Shown here: one piece after another, positions 1 through 7,888 of the stretch
Numbering within the stretch: position 1 is the stretch's first letter
Layout: each line of letters begins with the position of its first letter
Assembly: GCF_000025665.1 (NCBI RefSeq)
Contig: NC_013926.1
Coordinates: 1,110,001-1,142,000, forward strand
Direction of reading: 5' to 3'
Length of the DNA stretch: 32,000 nucleotides
Source of the DNA: Aciduliprofundum boonei T469
Lineage (GTDB): Archaea; Thermoplasmatota; Thermoplasmata; Thermoplasmatales; Aciduliprofundaceae
The notes under the pieces: generated by a model
The model's input: only the letters and a program-made list of their open reading frames with translations
Told to the model about the DNA's origin: nothing
Databases searched by the model: none
Made by a program: the position numbers and the translations under genes

Positions 1-892
1 TATCTCCCTTCGGCCTCAAGCGTGAGAAGGAGAATCCTGTGCCTCCTCCACTCTTGTGTATCATCGCCGCATACTTCACCGCATTGAATATGCCCTCTAT
101 GCTATCCGGTACCGGCAAAACAAAGCACGCACTTAGCTGACCTAATTTTGTGTTCGCATTCATCAATGTTGGGGAGTTTGGCACATATTTCCTATGGAGC
201 ATCACTTCTGCAAATTTATTTTTCACTCTCTCTATTTTATCCCATTTTGATTTTAAAGAATCTAGCACATATGAAAAATCAACCTTCATATAGCCCTCTT
301 TTGAGAAATATGTAAATGCTCTCTTGAGCATGTTGAACTCCCATATACTCAGAAATTCAGGTTTCTCCTCTACATCTATCTTTCTCTCTTTCTGTTTACC
401 CTCTTTATCGTAAATATCATCCTCATAGAATATATCAACAAGGGCAAGATATCTAGCAGTTCTCTCAAACATCTGTCTTGGGGTTTCAATAACATTACCA
501 TTTTCATCTTTAAGCAAGTATCTTGCTTCAAGCACTTTTATTGCATTCACAGTTAATTTGAGATCATCTTGAACGCCTATAACCTTCTTTGCCTGCCTTA
601 TCTTTCTCCTCTCTTCCCTATACAAAATATATGATTTTGCTACATTGATGTAGCCCTCAAGCATAAGGGTCTCTTCTACAATGTCCTGTATCTTCTCAAC
701 CGTGATTCTTTCCACCCTACTCTCCTTTATTTTTTCTACAACCTTCCGTGTTACTCTCTGTGCATCCTCTTCGCCGTAGCCCCCTATAGAATTCATTGCT
801 TTCATTATCGCTTGAAATATCTTATCTTCGCTAAAGTCCACTATCCTACCATCCCTTTTTATAACTTTCATTACCTCACCCTCTTCTGACAT
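1..892 (-). CDS. nrdJ: Ribonucleotide reductase, class II (adenosylcobalamin-dependent) type. This is the N-terminal part with an ATP-cone; the gene runs off the window start.
   Basis: My own minus-strand translation from ATG at 892-890 reads MSEEGEVMKVIKRDGRIVDFSEDKIFQAIMKA..., an ATP-cone. It continues to ...GQLSACFVLPVPDSIEGIFNAVKYAAMIHKSGGGTGFSFSRLRPKGD at the window edge, which matches the class II RNR core motif. The ORF is missing from the track because it is open at the edge. Confidence 0.8.
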   Translation of the reverse strand, partial: MSEEGEVMKVIKRDGRIVDFSEDKIFQAIMKAMNSIGGYGEEDAQRVTRKVVEKIKESRVERITVEKIQDIVEETLMLEGYINVAKSYILYREERRKIRQAKKVIGVQDDLKLTVNAIKVLEARYLLKDENGNVIETPRQMFERTARYLALVDIFYEDDIYDKEGKQKERKIDVEEKPEFLSIWEFNMLKRAFTYFSKEGYMKVDFSYVLDSLKSKWDKIERVKNKFAEVMLHRKYVPNSPTLMNANTKLGQLSACFVLPVPDSIEGIFNAVKYAAMIHKSGGGTGFSFSRLRPKGD

Positions 893-995
893 ACTTCTTT
901 TGCGGGTAATGAAAACTATACACATTTGAATTTATATCCTTTTTTTAGAACATATTCCATGCAGCATTGCATGTGTTATGGATGATTAACATGGT

Positions 996-1001
996 AAAAA
1001 A
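996..1001 (-). terminator. Oligo-T tract (TTTTTT on the minus strand) about 20 nt downstream of the nucleotidyltransferase stop. It looks like an archaeal terminator.
   Basis: aaaaaa at 996-1001 on the + strand is T6 on the coding strand of the upstream gene. Archaeal termination commonly uses oligo-T. No experimental support. Confidence 0.3.
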
Positions 1002-1021
1002 GTTGGTAAAGAATTTGATAA

Positions 1022-1738
1022 TCAAAACATGTTGAAAGCCCTACGATACTCATCTAAGTTTCCAATATCGAGCCAAGTGCCTTTAAATGAAAAAGCATAC
1101 ACTGGAATTTTAGTTATTAGCCAAGAAATAAAGTACCCGGGGCTATCTGGATTGTTCTTATTATCCAAGTACTCTTTTAGCAGCCCATATACCTTTTTAG
1201 GAAGCGCGTAGCAGGCGGTTGCAATTAGAGTTGATTCTGGGTTCTCAGGCTTTTCTACGAATTTTGTTATCTTTCCTTGGTTGTCTACGCTTACAACCCC
1301 ATATCTTCTCGCCTTATCTTTATCCTCTACATCATAAACTGCCACTATTGGACTTTTTCTATCCTCATAAAATTTCAAAAATTGTGATAGAGAGAAATCA
1401 AAATAGTTGTCTCCTGCCACGATAAGATAATCATCCTGCCCATATTTATCCATAGCATACTTTATACCCTTTATGGCTCCAAATTTTTCTTCTTCTTTTC
1501 TCGTTGGCTCTATTAAAAGAGATATATCATCATTTCTGCATTTAATCCAGTATCTAAACTGCCTTTCATAATAACTGTTTGTGGACACAATGATTTCATC
1601 AATGCCTGCATTTTTTATATTATCCACGATCCAATCAATGATCAATCTATCTCCCACAGGCAATAACGGCTTGGCTATGAAATCAGTTATAGGTGCCAAT
1701 CTCCTTGCAAAGCCACCCGCTAATATCAAAGCTTTCAT
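1022..1738 (-). CDS. Sugar-phosphate nucleotidyltransferase (NTP_transferase fold).
   Basis: The N-terminus MKALILAGGFARRLAPITDFIAKPLLPV is the classic G-rich nucleotidyltransferase signature (LAGGxGxRLxPxT...KPLxP). The start overlaps the purB stop by 4 nt. Confidence 0.8.
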   Translation of the reverse strand: MKALILAGGFARRLAPITDFIAKPLLPVGDRLIIDWIVDNIKNAGIDEIIVSTNSYYERQFRYWIKCRNDDISLLIEPTRKEEEKFGAIKGIKYAMDKYGQDDYLIVAGDNYFDFSLSQFLKFYEDRKSPIVAVYDVEDKDKARRYGVVSVDNQGKITKFVEKPENPESTLIATACYALPKKVYGLLKEYLDNKNNPDSPGYFISWLITKIPVYAFSFKGTWLDIGNLDEYRRAFNMF

Positions 1739-3075
1739 AGACCCTTATTATTTTCCCTCATTTTATTTTTTCTCTTAAGTATATTATCCACTATTTTCTC
1801 CGCAGAGCCAATGTAATTTTTCGGGTTTAGGAGCTCTTCTATTTTTCCTTCTAAGATAGGACGAAGCTCATTATCTTTCATTAAATTTTCTCTGAACTTT
1901 CCAGGCTGCATTGAAATCTGGCGGAGTTTCTCATGGGCATCCTGCCTACTCCAGCCATTTTTGACAAGGAAAATTATTATTGCCTCTGCCATAACCTCCT
2001 CATTGTTTCTTATATTCTCAAGCATCCTTTCCTCATTTATCTCTAAATTCTTGAATAAATTGGCTGCTTTAACCATTATGTCGTCAATTAGAATTGAAGT
2101 ATGTGGAATGATAAATCTCTCTGCCGATGAGTTTGTTAGGTCTCTCTCATGCCAGAGAATAGCGCTTTCGTGCATGGGAGTGAGAAATCCCCTTATTATC
2201 CTCGCTAAACCGCATATGTTCTCTGCCGTGATTGGATTTCTCTTTTGAGCCATTGTGCTAGAGCCCACCTGCTTCTCCACATCAAATTTTTCCATAACCT
2301 CTCCTATCTCACTTCTCTGCAAATTTCTCATCTCTGTTGCAAATTTCTCAAGAGAGGTGGCTAATGAGGAAAAGAATGAGACAAGCTCAACATACCTATC
2401 CCTACCCACCAGCTGCGTTGATGCCTCTTCATATCCTATTCCCAATTCATTCATAACAAATTCTTGAATTTCCAATGCCCTATCTCCAAGAGCTGCCCCC
2501 GTGCCCACGGCACCCATCATCTTTCCAACGAGTACTCTCTTTTTTAACTCTTCAAATCTTTCGTGATGTCTTAAAATCTCAGCCAAAAACACGGCCATTT
2601 TCAATCCAAATGTTATTGGCACTGCCGCCTGCCCATGAGTTCTTCCAAGCATAACTGTGTTTTTATACTTTGCGGCCAATTCTGCGAGTGCATTCTCCAA
2701 TAGTTCAAAATCTCTCTCTATGTACCTGAACAAATCTTTTAACTGTAGAGCAGTAGTAGTATCTATTATGTCATTGCTTGTGGCTCCAAGATGTACATAC
2801 TTGCCACATTCTCCACATTTTTCTGCATATGCCTTAACTATTGCCATAACATCATGCTTTATCTCCTTCTCAATATTTTTAACTCTCTCCAGTTCAACCT
2901 TGTCCATTGCCTCCTTTGCCGCTTTTACACAATATTCAGGTATATTTCCAAAATGGGCATGTGCTTTCATAAGCGTGTATTCCACGAGAAGCATATAACG
3001 GAGCTTGGATTCCTCGGAAAATATTTTTTTAACTTCATCTCTGCCGTATCTGTAATCAAGGGGACAAACTGCCAT
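1735..3075 (-). CDS. purB: Adenylosuccinate lyase.
   Basis: 446 aa. The N-terminus is PLDYRYGRDEV..., and the fumarate-lyase signature GSSTMAQKRNP is present. Confidence 0.92.
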   Translation of the reverse strand: MAVCPLDYRYGRDEVKKIFSEESKLRYMLLVEYTLMKAHAHFGNIPEYCVKAAKEAMDKVELERVKNIEKEIKHDVMAIVKAYAEKCGECGKYVHLGATSNDIIDTTTALQLKDLFRYIERDFELLENALAELAAKYKNTVMLGRTHGQAAVPITFGLKMAVFLAEILRHHERFEELKKRVLVGKMMGAVGTGAALGDRALEIQEFVMNELGIGYEEASTQLVGRDRYVELVSFFSSLATSLEKFATEMRNLQRSEIGEVMEKFDVEKQVGSSTMAQKRNPITAENICGLARIIRGFLTPMHESAILWHERDLTNSSAERFIIPHTSILIDDIMVKAANLFKNLEINEERMLENIRNNEEVMAEAIIIFLVKNGWSRQDAHEKLRQISMQPGKFRENLMKDNELRPILEGKIEELLNPKNYIGSAEKIVDNILKRKNKMRENNKGL

Positions 3076-3155
3076 AAACGAGCATGTTTTTCATTTTATT
3101 AATACTTCCCGAAAATTTTATTTACCTTTCAAGGCATATCATTTTGGTGCTTGTA

Positions 3156-3566
3156 ATGAATAAGAGGGGAAAGAAAAAGAGTGCTCCCAAGCCTTACGAG
3201 ATGCCAAAACTGTTTGAGGAGGAGCATGAAGAGGTTTCATCTTATAAAGAGCTTGATGCTCAGAACCATATTGAAGCTGTTAGAGAGGAGGAAAAAATGG
3301 AAAGATATAAAGAAGCTTCAAAATTGAGAAAGAAGGCTGCAGAGTTTGAAAAGAAAGCTGCGTTTTATCATAGGAAATATAAAGAAGAGATGGAAAAAGT
3401 GGCAAAATATCAGGCATATAAGGCGAAATACAAAGATAAAGAGCATGAAATAAAGCAGAAGATTAAAGAGTTAAAAAGGAGGATTGAAGATTATCAAATG
3501 GAGTTGAAGAATGCAGAATCATTGAAGAAGAGGGGTGAGTTGCAACCCCACATAAAAATAAAATAG
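3156..3566 (+). CDS. N-terminal fragment of the IS-disrupted coiled-coil protein. Its last about 11 codons are read from the IS left end.
   Basis: The track ORF is 3084-3566. MNKRGKKK at 3156 is the plausible start, because the preceding 24 codons are hydrophobic read-through of the promoter region. The sequence is lysine/glutamate-rich and coiled-coil-like. Confidence 0.6.
   Translation: MNKRGKKKSAPKPYEMPKLFEEEHEEVSSYKELDAQNHIEAVREEEKMERYKEASKLRKKAAEFEKKAAFYHRKYKEEMEKVAKYQAYKAKYKDKEHEIKQKIKELKRRIEDYQMELKNAESLKKRGELQPHIKIK
3525..3532. repeat. Left 8-bp target-site duplication of IS copy A (AAGAAGAG).
   Basis: It is identical to 4470-4477, immediately after the IS right end. Confidence 0.85.
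3552..3565 (+). promoter_or_regulatory. TATA-like box inside the IS left end, about 25 nt upstream of the transposase ATG.
   Basis: ataaaaataaaata is centred about 25 nt before ATG 3583. Confidence 0.35.
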
Positions 3567-3582
3567 GGGATATAAATAAAGG

Positions 3583-4413
3583 ATGAGCAGGAAATTAGAC
3601 CTGTACAAGGTTGTGAAAATGGGGATGAAAGCTCTAAAGAGAGCAAATATTCCTCTTTACTGGAGCAAGTACTCTAGGAAAGATTACACTCTGCACCAGC
3701 ACATGATGCTGATAGTGCTGACACAGTATGTGGGAAGTATAGAAAGAATGCTCCAGATTGTGCGAGAAATGAGAAAGATAAAGAGGGTAATGAGATTGAA
3801 GAAAATCCCCCATAAAAGCACAATTTCAAGAGAGTTGAGAAGAATACCAGAACGATGGATTCGCATTGTGCTTAGAGAAATAGTGAAAATAATGGGAATA
3901 CCCAATAAATTTGCAGTGGATTCCACAGGTATTCAAATTTATTACCGTTCATACTACTACACACAGCGAATCGGAGAAGTAGGAAAAATAAGAGAAGGAT
4001 TGAAATTGCATGCTGCTGTGGATATTGAGAGGAAGCTCATTACCAATGCAATAGTTACAAAATGGCACACTAACGATTCACCGTACCTCATTCCTCTTTT
4101 GGAGGAAGAGAGAGTAAAAGAAGTGTATGCAGATAAGGGCTATGATTCTCTACGTAACATACGATTTGTTCTGAATAAAGGAGGAACTCCATACATAGCA
4201 ATCCGTAATAAAGCAAGAAGAGGATTGCGAAGGAGATTGTTAGAAAAGAGCAAATCACCTGACTGGAAAAAGAAGTACTCGCATAGAAATGTAATTGAAT
4301 CAGTCTTCCACTCTTTCAAAAGAGTTGTTGGAGATTACATATTTTCCCATTCTTTCTCTGGTGCTTCTAAACTCCTGCTCTTCAAAGTTCTTGCCTATGA
4401 TCTCTATGTCTAA
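3583..4413 (+). CDS. DDE transposase (IS4/IS5 superfamily, YREK signature).
   Basis: 276 aa. The putative catalytic D residues are in DSTGIQ and ADKGYDS. The Y-x2-R-x3-E-x6-K motif appears as YSHRNVIESVFHSFK. Confidence 0.9.
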   Translation: MSRKLDLYKVVKMGMKALKRANIPLYWSKYSRKDYTLHQHMMLIVLTQYVGSIERMLQIVREMRKIKRVMRLKKIPHKSTISRELRRIPERWIRIVLREIVKIMGIPNKFAVDSTGIQIYYRSYYYTQRIGEVGKIREGLKLHAAVDIERKLITNAIVTKWHTNDSPYLIPLLEEERVKEVYADKGYDSLRNIRFVLNKGGTPYIAIRNKARRGLRRRLLEKSKSPDWKKKYSHRNVIESVFHSFKRVVGDYIFSHSFSGASKLLLFKVLAYDLYV

Positions 4414-4420
4414 TCCTTCC

Positions 4421-4450
4421 TTATTTTTATTCTTCTTTTTTCATGTTTTT
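4421..4450 (+). terminator. T-rich tract in the IS right end, just after the transposase stop.
   Basis: The sequence is ttatttttattcttcttttttcatgttttt. The oligo-T runs resemble archaeal terminators. Confidence 0.3.
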
Positions 4451-4691
4451 CGAGGAATTCAACTTATCCAAGAAGAGAGAAAGCTTAAGAGCTAAAATTG
4501 CAAAGTTACAAACTAGAATATCGGCTTTGAACTCAAAAATAAGTGCATTGAGAGATAAACAGGCAGAGTATGTAAAAAAGATGAGCGAATATAAAGCAAA
4601 GGCAGCAAGATACTATGAGAAAAGCAAGGATTATGAGAGAGAATCAATGATTTTTAATAAAACTGCTGAATCTCTTGAGGGTATGGAATGA
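4443..4691 (+). CDS. C-terminal fragment of the IS-disrupted coiled-coil protein. The ATG and first 9 codons come from the IS right end.
   Basis: The ORF reads MFFEEFNLS|KKRESLRAKIAKLQTRISALNSK... ATG 4443 lies inside the IS and is in frame with the downstream host sequence. Confidence 0.55.
   Translation: MFFEEFNLSKKRESLRAKIAKLQTRISALNSKISALRDKQAEYVKKMSEYKAKAARYYEKSKDYERESMIFNKTAESLEGME
4470..4477. repeat. Right 8-bp target-site duplication of IS copy A (AAGAAGAG).
   Basis: It is identical to 3525-3532. Confidence 0.85.
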
Positions 4692-4999
4692 TAACCGCAG
4701 CTCAATTAATTTTAGCATCTGCCTCCTTACCACTTATCGGATATGGCACATTCATAGCCAAGGATGGAGATAGGCTAGATGGCACTTATACGATAATTGG
4801 AGGATTGTACACGCTTCTCGCAGTATTTTTCATACCCTCTGGATTTCCGGGATTCTTGGTATTCCCTGGCTCTATGGGAATCGCTGCAATTGGTGGCTTT
4901 CATAGTTATGGAAGGAGTAAGAAAAGAGGAAAGTTAATTAAAGGTATAGCGCTTTTAGCAATTGCTACAATTTTAATCCTCTTTCAGGTGGTATTATGA
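4688..4999 (+). CDS. Small multi-pass membrane protein of unknown function.
   Basis: 103 aa with 3-4 hydrophobic segments, including LILASASLPLIGYGTF, IIGGLYTLLAVFFIP and IALLAIATILILF. ATGA overlaps occur at both ends. Confidence 0.6.
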   Translation: MITAAQLILASASLPLIGYGTFIAKDGDRLDGTYTIIGGLYTLLAVFFIPSGFPGFLVFPGSMGIAAIGGFHSYGRSKKRGKLIKGIALLAIATILILFQVVL

Positions 5000-5547
5000 A
5001 TAAAAAGAAAATAGTTGCCGGGATATTCTCATACCTCCTTGTTTTCGCCATTTACATCGCATTTTTCTCATATCCTGTTACTCCCGCTTACATAGAGCAT
5101 AGGGGTTATGTGGATGTTGAAACAAAGAACATAAGCTCTCTTCCAAATGGTCTCTATAAAGTGTATGTAAAAGGTTCTCTAAATCCTGCCATAGTAGTTA
5201 TCGCCACTATCAGAACTCCATACATACCCCAGAAAACTTATAGTAAATCATTAAGGCACATAGAGGGCATTGCTGAAAAAGAAATTAAAAAAAGGTATAA
5301 TGTGAATATAGATTTGGTTTACAGGGGAGAGAAAAGTGTGGATATTAAGAACCATACAATCGTTATGGATGATTACGATGTATACCTTAACTATACATTC
5401 TATGCACCATTGAGACCAAAAGTGATAAAATTGGATATAGGCGCATATTTCTGTCAAGAAAAATTTGAATCAATAATAATTGCTTACGCATATCCACCCA
5501 TATTCGCATCAGATTTTAACAAAGTTTTGGAGTCAATTCACTGCTGA
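4996..5547 (+). CDS. Single-pass N-terminally anchored protein of unknown function.
   Basis: 183 aa. After MNKKK comes a hydrophobic anchor, IVAGIFSYLLVFAIYIAFF, and then a soluble domain. An AGGTGG RBS-like motif lies upstream at about 4984-4990. Confidence 0.6.
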   Translation: MNKKKIVAGIFSYLLVFAIYIAFFSYPVTPAYIEHRGYVDVETKNISSLPNGLYKVYVKGSLNPAIVVIATIRTPYIPQKTYSKSLRHIEGIAEKEIKKRYNVNIDLVYRGEKSVDIKNHTIVMDDYDVYLNYTFYAPLRPKVIKLDIGAYFCQEKFESIIIAYAYPPIFASDFNKVLESIHC

Positions 5548-6272
5548 ACTATGATTTCCATCTTATCTCCAACTTCCAATGCTAACCTCTTTGAAGCATC
5601 TCCCTGATTAACAGCAAATTCCAGAAAATTCTCGCTGTTTACCAAAGCGATTAATTCACCCTTTTTAGCATGGCCGTAAGATGGTAAAAATCTCACAGTT
5701 TTTCCTATTACTTCAATTCCTTTGGCATCTTTAACCATTTCCTTTGGCACATTAGTAATTACATTTCCAAAGTGATCTATGTGAATTACCTCGCAATTTA
5801 TCCTATTTTCATTCCTCGCCGCCTTTCTATACTCAAAAATCTCAAAATTCTCCGTCTTTTTTAAAATTTCAAAATTGCCCATATCAATGTATGCAGCGGC
5901 AGGAGCAAATACATCCCTGCCATGAAATGTGGTGCTCTCAGGCTCAATTTGAAGTTCGTAAACCTCAGAAACTTTATGAGCAACATAAGTTAATATTCCA
6001 TTATCTGGACCAACATACCAAGAATTTTCAATCTTCGCCGCTATGCCCTTTCTCTCAGTTCCCACTCCCGGATCAACCACAAAAACATGAACCGCTGGAG
6101 GAAAATAGGGCAAAATGGCATTTAGCACATACGCAGCATGCCTTATGCTATGCCTCTCCACATTATGTGTTATATCAACTATTTTTGCATGGGGATTTAT
6201 CTTCAATATCACTCCTTTCATCACACCTACATAATGGTCCTTGTATCCAAAATCAGTTGTGAGCGTAATCAT
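5538..6272 (-). CDS. S-adenosyl-L-methionine hydroxide adenosyltransferase family protein (DUF62 / SAM hydrolase).
   Basis: The N-terminus ITLTTDFGYKDHYVGVMKGVI is the hallmark of the DUF62/fluorinase-like family. 244 aa. Confidence 0.8.
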   Translation of the reverse strand: MITLTTDFGYKDHYVGVMKGVILKINPHAKIVDITHNVERHSIRHAAYVLNAILPYFPPAVHVFVVDPGVGTERKGIAAKIENSWYVGPDNGILTYVAHKVSEVYELQIEPESTTFHGRDVFAPAAAYIDMGNFEILKKTENFEIFEYRKAARNENRINCEVIHIDHFGNVITNVPKEMVKDAKGIEVIGKTVRFLPSYGHAKKGELIALVNSENFLEFAVNQGDASKRLALEVGDKMEIIVQQ

Positions 6273-6547
6273 CAGTACCTCACCCTGAAATCCTTGTATC
6301 CTTCTGGCTCACCATACTCAATTTCAATATCATCTACGCGGGCATGGGGGTGCTTGTACCTGCATAGATAAATCAACTTCTCCACTTTATCCTCAGGGCC
6401 TTCAAACACCGCCTCAACCCTACCATCGGGAAGGTTTCTTACCCAGCCACGCACCCCGAGCTTGAGAGCGTTATCCCTTGTAAATGCTCTGAAGAATACA
6501 CCCTGCACGCGGCCAGAAAAGAAGACATGGGCCTTTATCTCTTTCAT
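6272..6547 (-). CDS. acyP: Acylphosphatase.
   Basis: 91 aa. It has the signature GRVQGVFFRAFT...GWVRNLPDGRVE. Its stop shares 1 nt with the downstream start (TGATG). Confidence 0.9.
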   Translation of the reverse strand: MKEIKAHVFFSGRVQGVFFRAFTRDNALKLGVRGWVRNLPDGRVEAVFEGPEDKVEKLIYLCRYKHPHARVDDIEIEYGEPEGYKDFRVRY

Positions 6548-6619
6548 AATTGCATTGATTATTCTTTTCTATTTAACCTTTATGCGAGAAATTTTAATCT
6601 CTTATTTTCATTACTCCCT

Positions 6620-7120
6620 ATGCTTAAAGAAAAACTTATTGAATGCGGAGCCATAAAATTTGGAGATTTCACCCTAGCATCTGGAAAGAAAAGTAAGTAC
6701 TATGTGGACATAAAGAAGGCAAGCACAAAATACGAAATATTGGAGCTAATGGGAAATATGCTTGCAGAGAAAGTAAAAGGAGATATGTTAGCTGGGGTAG
6801 AGCTTGGAGCTGTGCCTCTTGTTGCAATAACGGCTATTAAGGCAAAGAGGGATTACCTAATAATAAGAAAAGAGAAAAAGGGATATGGGACTTCCAAGTT
6901 AATTGAAGGAGATTATAAAGAGGGGCAAGAGGTTGATATAATTGAAGATGTTGTGACAACAGGTGGCTCTGTCTTGCGTGCTATAAAAATTTTACGCAGT
7001 GCTGGACTCACGGTAAATAGGGTAATATGCGTTGTTGATAGAGAAGAAGGAGGTAAAGAGAATCTGGAAAAAGAAGGAGTAGAATTAATATCGTTAATTA
7101 AGGCAAGAGAGCTCCTTTAA
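6620..7120 (+). CDS. pyrE: Orotate phosphoribosyltransferase.
   Basis: The N-terminus is MLKEKLIECGAIKFGDFTLASGKKSKYYVD and the PRPP-binding motif is DIIEDVVTTGGS. The track ORF starts at 6527, but those 31 codons overlap the acyP promoter and coding region and look spurious. Confidence 0.88.
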   Translation: MLKEKLIECGAIKFGDFTLASGKKSKYYVDIKKASTKYEILELMGNMLAEKVKGDMLAGVELGAVPLVAITAIKAKRDYLIIRKEKKGYGTSKLIEGDYKEGQEVDIIEDVVTTGGSVLRAIKILRSAGLTVNRVICVVDREEGGKENLEKEGVELISLIKARELL

Positions 7121-7888
7121 TCATCTTTTCTCTATATCTTCCCCACCTGCAAATGTCAATTGAAGAGCAGTATAAACATCCTCATACCCGTAGAGCATTC
7201 GTGCGGATGTTGGAATTAAAGTGCGAAAAGCATCTATATTTTCAAGGGCTTTGAATAATTCAATGCTCAGTTCCTTACGCATGCTTGGATTCTCTGTTAT
7301 CAGAGCATCGTAAAGAGAATTCCAGTTCTTACTCCATTCAGCAATGTTGTAGAGGTCATTGTCTTCTACGATATCAACCTTGGAGAGTATGTTTATGAAT
7401 GGGATGTAAAATCTAAAATAAACTGAAGAGGATAAAATTAAAAGAGATACGAATCCAGAGGGAGTCTTAGCCAATGATGGATCAAATAGAAATGCGAGCA
7501 TGCTTCTATCTCCTCCAAGATAATCAACTATGAACTTGCTAGCGGCTCTGAATGCGAATAATTCAATTTGGCCTGCAGTATCGTATATTATGTAATCTGC
7601 CTCGTAATTATCCACTTCGCTCTTCAGCTCCTCTACAAAATTGGCAATCATATCAGCCGCCACAATTTGAGCACCATTGGGTCCTAAACCGTATTCGTTC
7701 ATAATTGAATTTAAGTCAACTATATCTCGTATATCAACATCAGGAGTATAGGGCAAGATTTCTGCACCGGGATCAAGATTAACCACTACCGTATCATACT
7801 CGTTTTTTATCATCCACTCTCTAAAAGCAGCAGTGAATGTACTTTTTCCACTTCCCGCAGGACCAACCACGAACAAATTTGCAATCAT
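7121..7888 (-). CDS. GPN-loop GTPase.
   Basis: Walker A is GPAGSGKST and the GPN motif is LGPNGA. 255 aa. The ATG overlaps the DP2 stop (ATGA). Confidence 0.88.
   Translation of the reverse strand: MIANLFVVGPAGSGKSTFTAAFREWMIKNEYDTVVVNLDPGAEILPYTPDVDIRDIVDLNSIMNEYGLGPNGAQIVAADMIANFVEELKSEVDNYEADYIIYDTAGQIELFAFRAASKFIVDYLGGDRSMLAFLFDPSLAKTPSGFVSLLILSSSVYFRFYIPFINILSKVDIVEDNDLYNIAEWSKNWNSLYDALITENPSMRKELSIELFKALENIDAFRTLIPTSARMLYGYEDVYTALQLTFAGGEDIEKR

Larger units (their letters stand above)
3533..4469 (+). mobile_element. 937-bp insertion sequence, copy A. It has a single DDE transposase and is consistent with the IS5 family, ISH1-like group.
   Basis: The sequence shared with 21904-22840 begins and ends exactly at these coordinates once the 8-bp TSDs are assigned to the flanks. 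The terminal inverted repeats are imperfect: GGGTGAGTTGCAACCCC versus the reverse complement of the right end, GGATAAGTTGAATTCCT (11 of 17 match). Confidence 0.9.
3156..4691 (+). pseudogene. Coiled-coil protein gene interrupted by IS copy A. The halves 3156-3532 and 4478-4691 rejoin in frame to about 196 aa.
   Basis: Removing the IS and one TSD copy gives ...gca gaa tca ttg aag aag aga gaa agc tta aga gct..., which reads ...AESLKKRESLRAKIAKLQ... Both flanks are K/E/A-rich heptad-like sequence. Confidence 0.8.

Noticed and set aside
958-973. A perfect 6-bp stem, 4-nt loop hairpin (catgca-gcat-tgcatg) lies between the nucleotidyltransferase stop and the nrdJ start.
   Set aside because: It is short, could arise by chance in an AT-rich spacer, and matches no known regulatory motif. 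Archaeal termination does not require hairpins. I note it only as a possible operator or terminator.
3084-3155. Several track ORFs have upstream N-terminal extensions: 3084, 6527, 24778, 29821 and 30268.
   Set aside because: The extensions are hydrophobic or nonsense read-through of promoter regions or neighbouring genes. Internal Met codons align with the conserved family N-termini and with TATA or RBS spacing.
3684-3926. An 80-aa antisense ORF lies inside the IS transposase gene and is duplicated at 22055-22297.
   Set aside because: It is identical in both copies only because the IS copies are identical. It is hydrophobic and low-complexity, and there is no independent evidence that it is coding.
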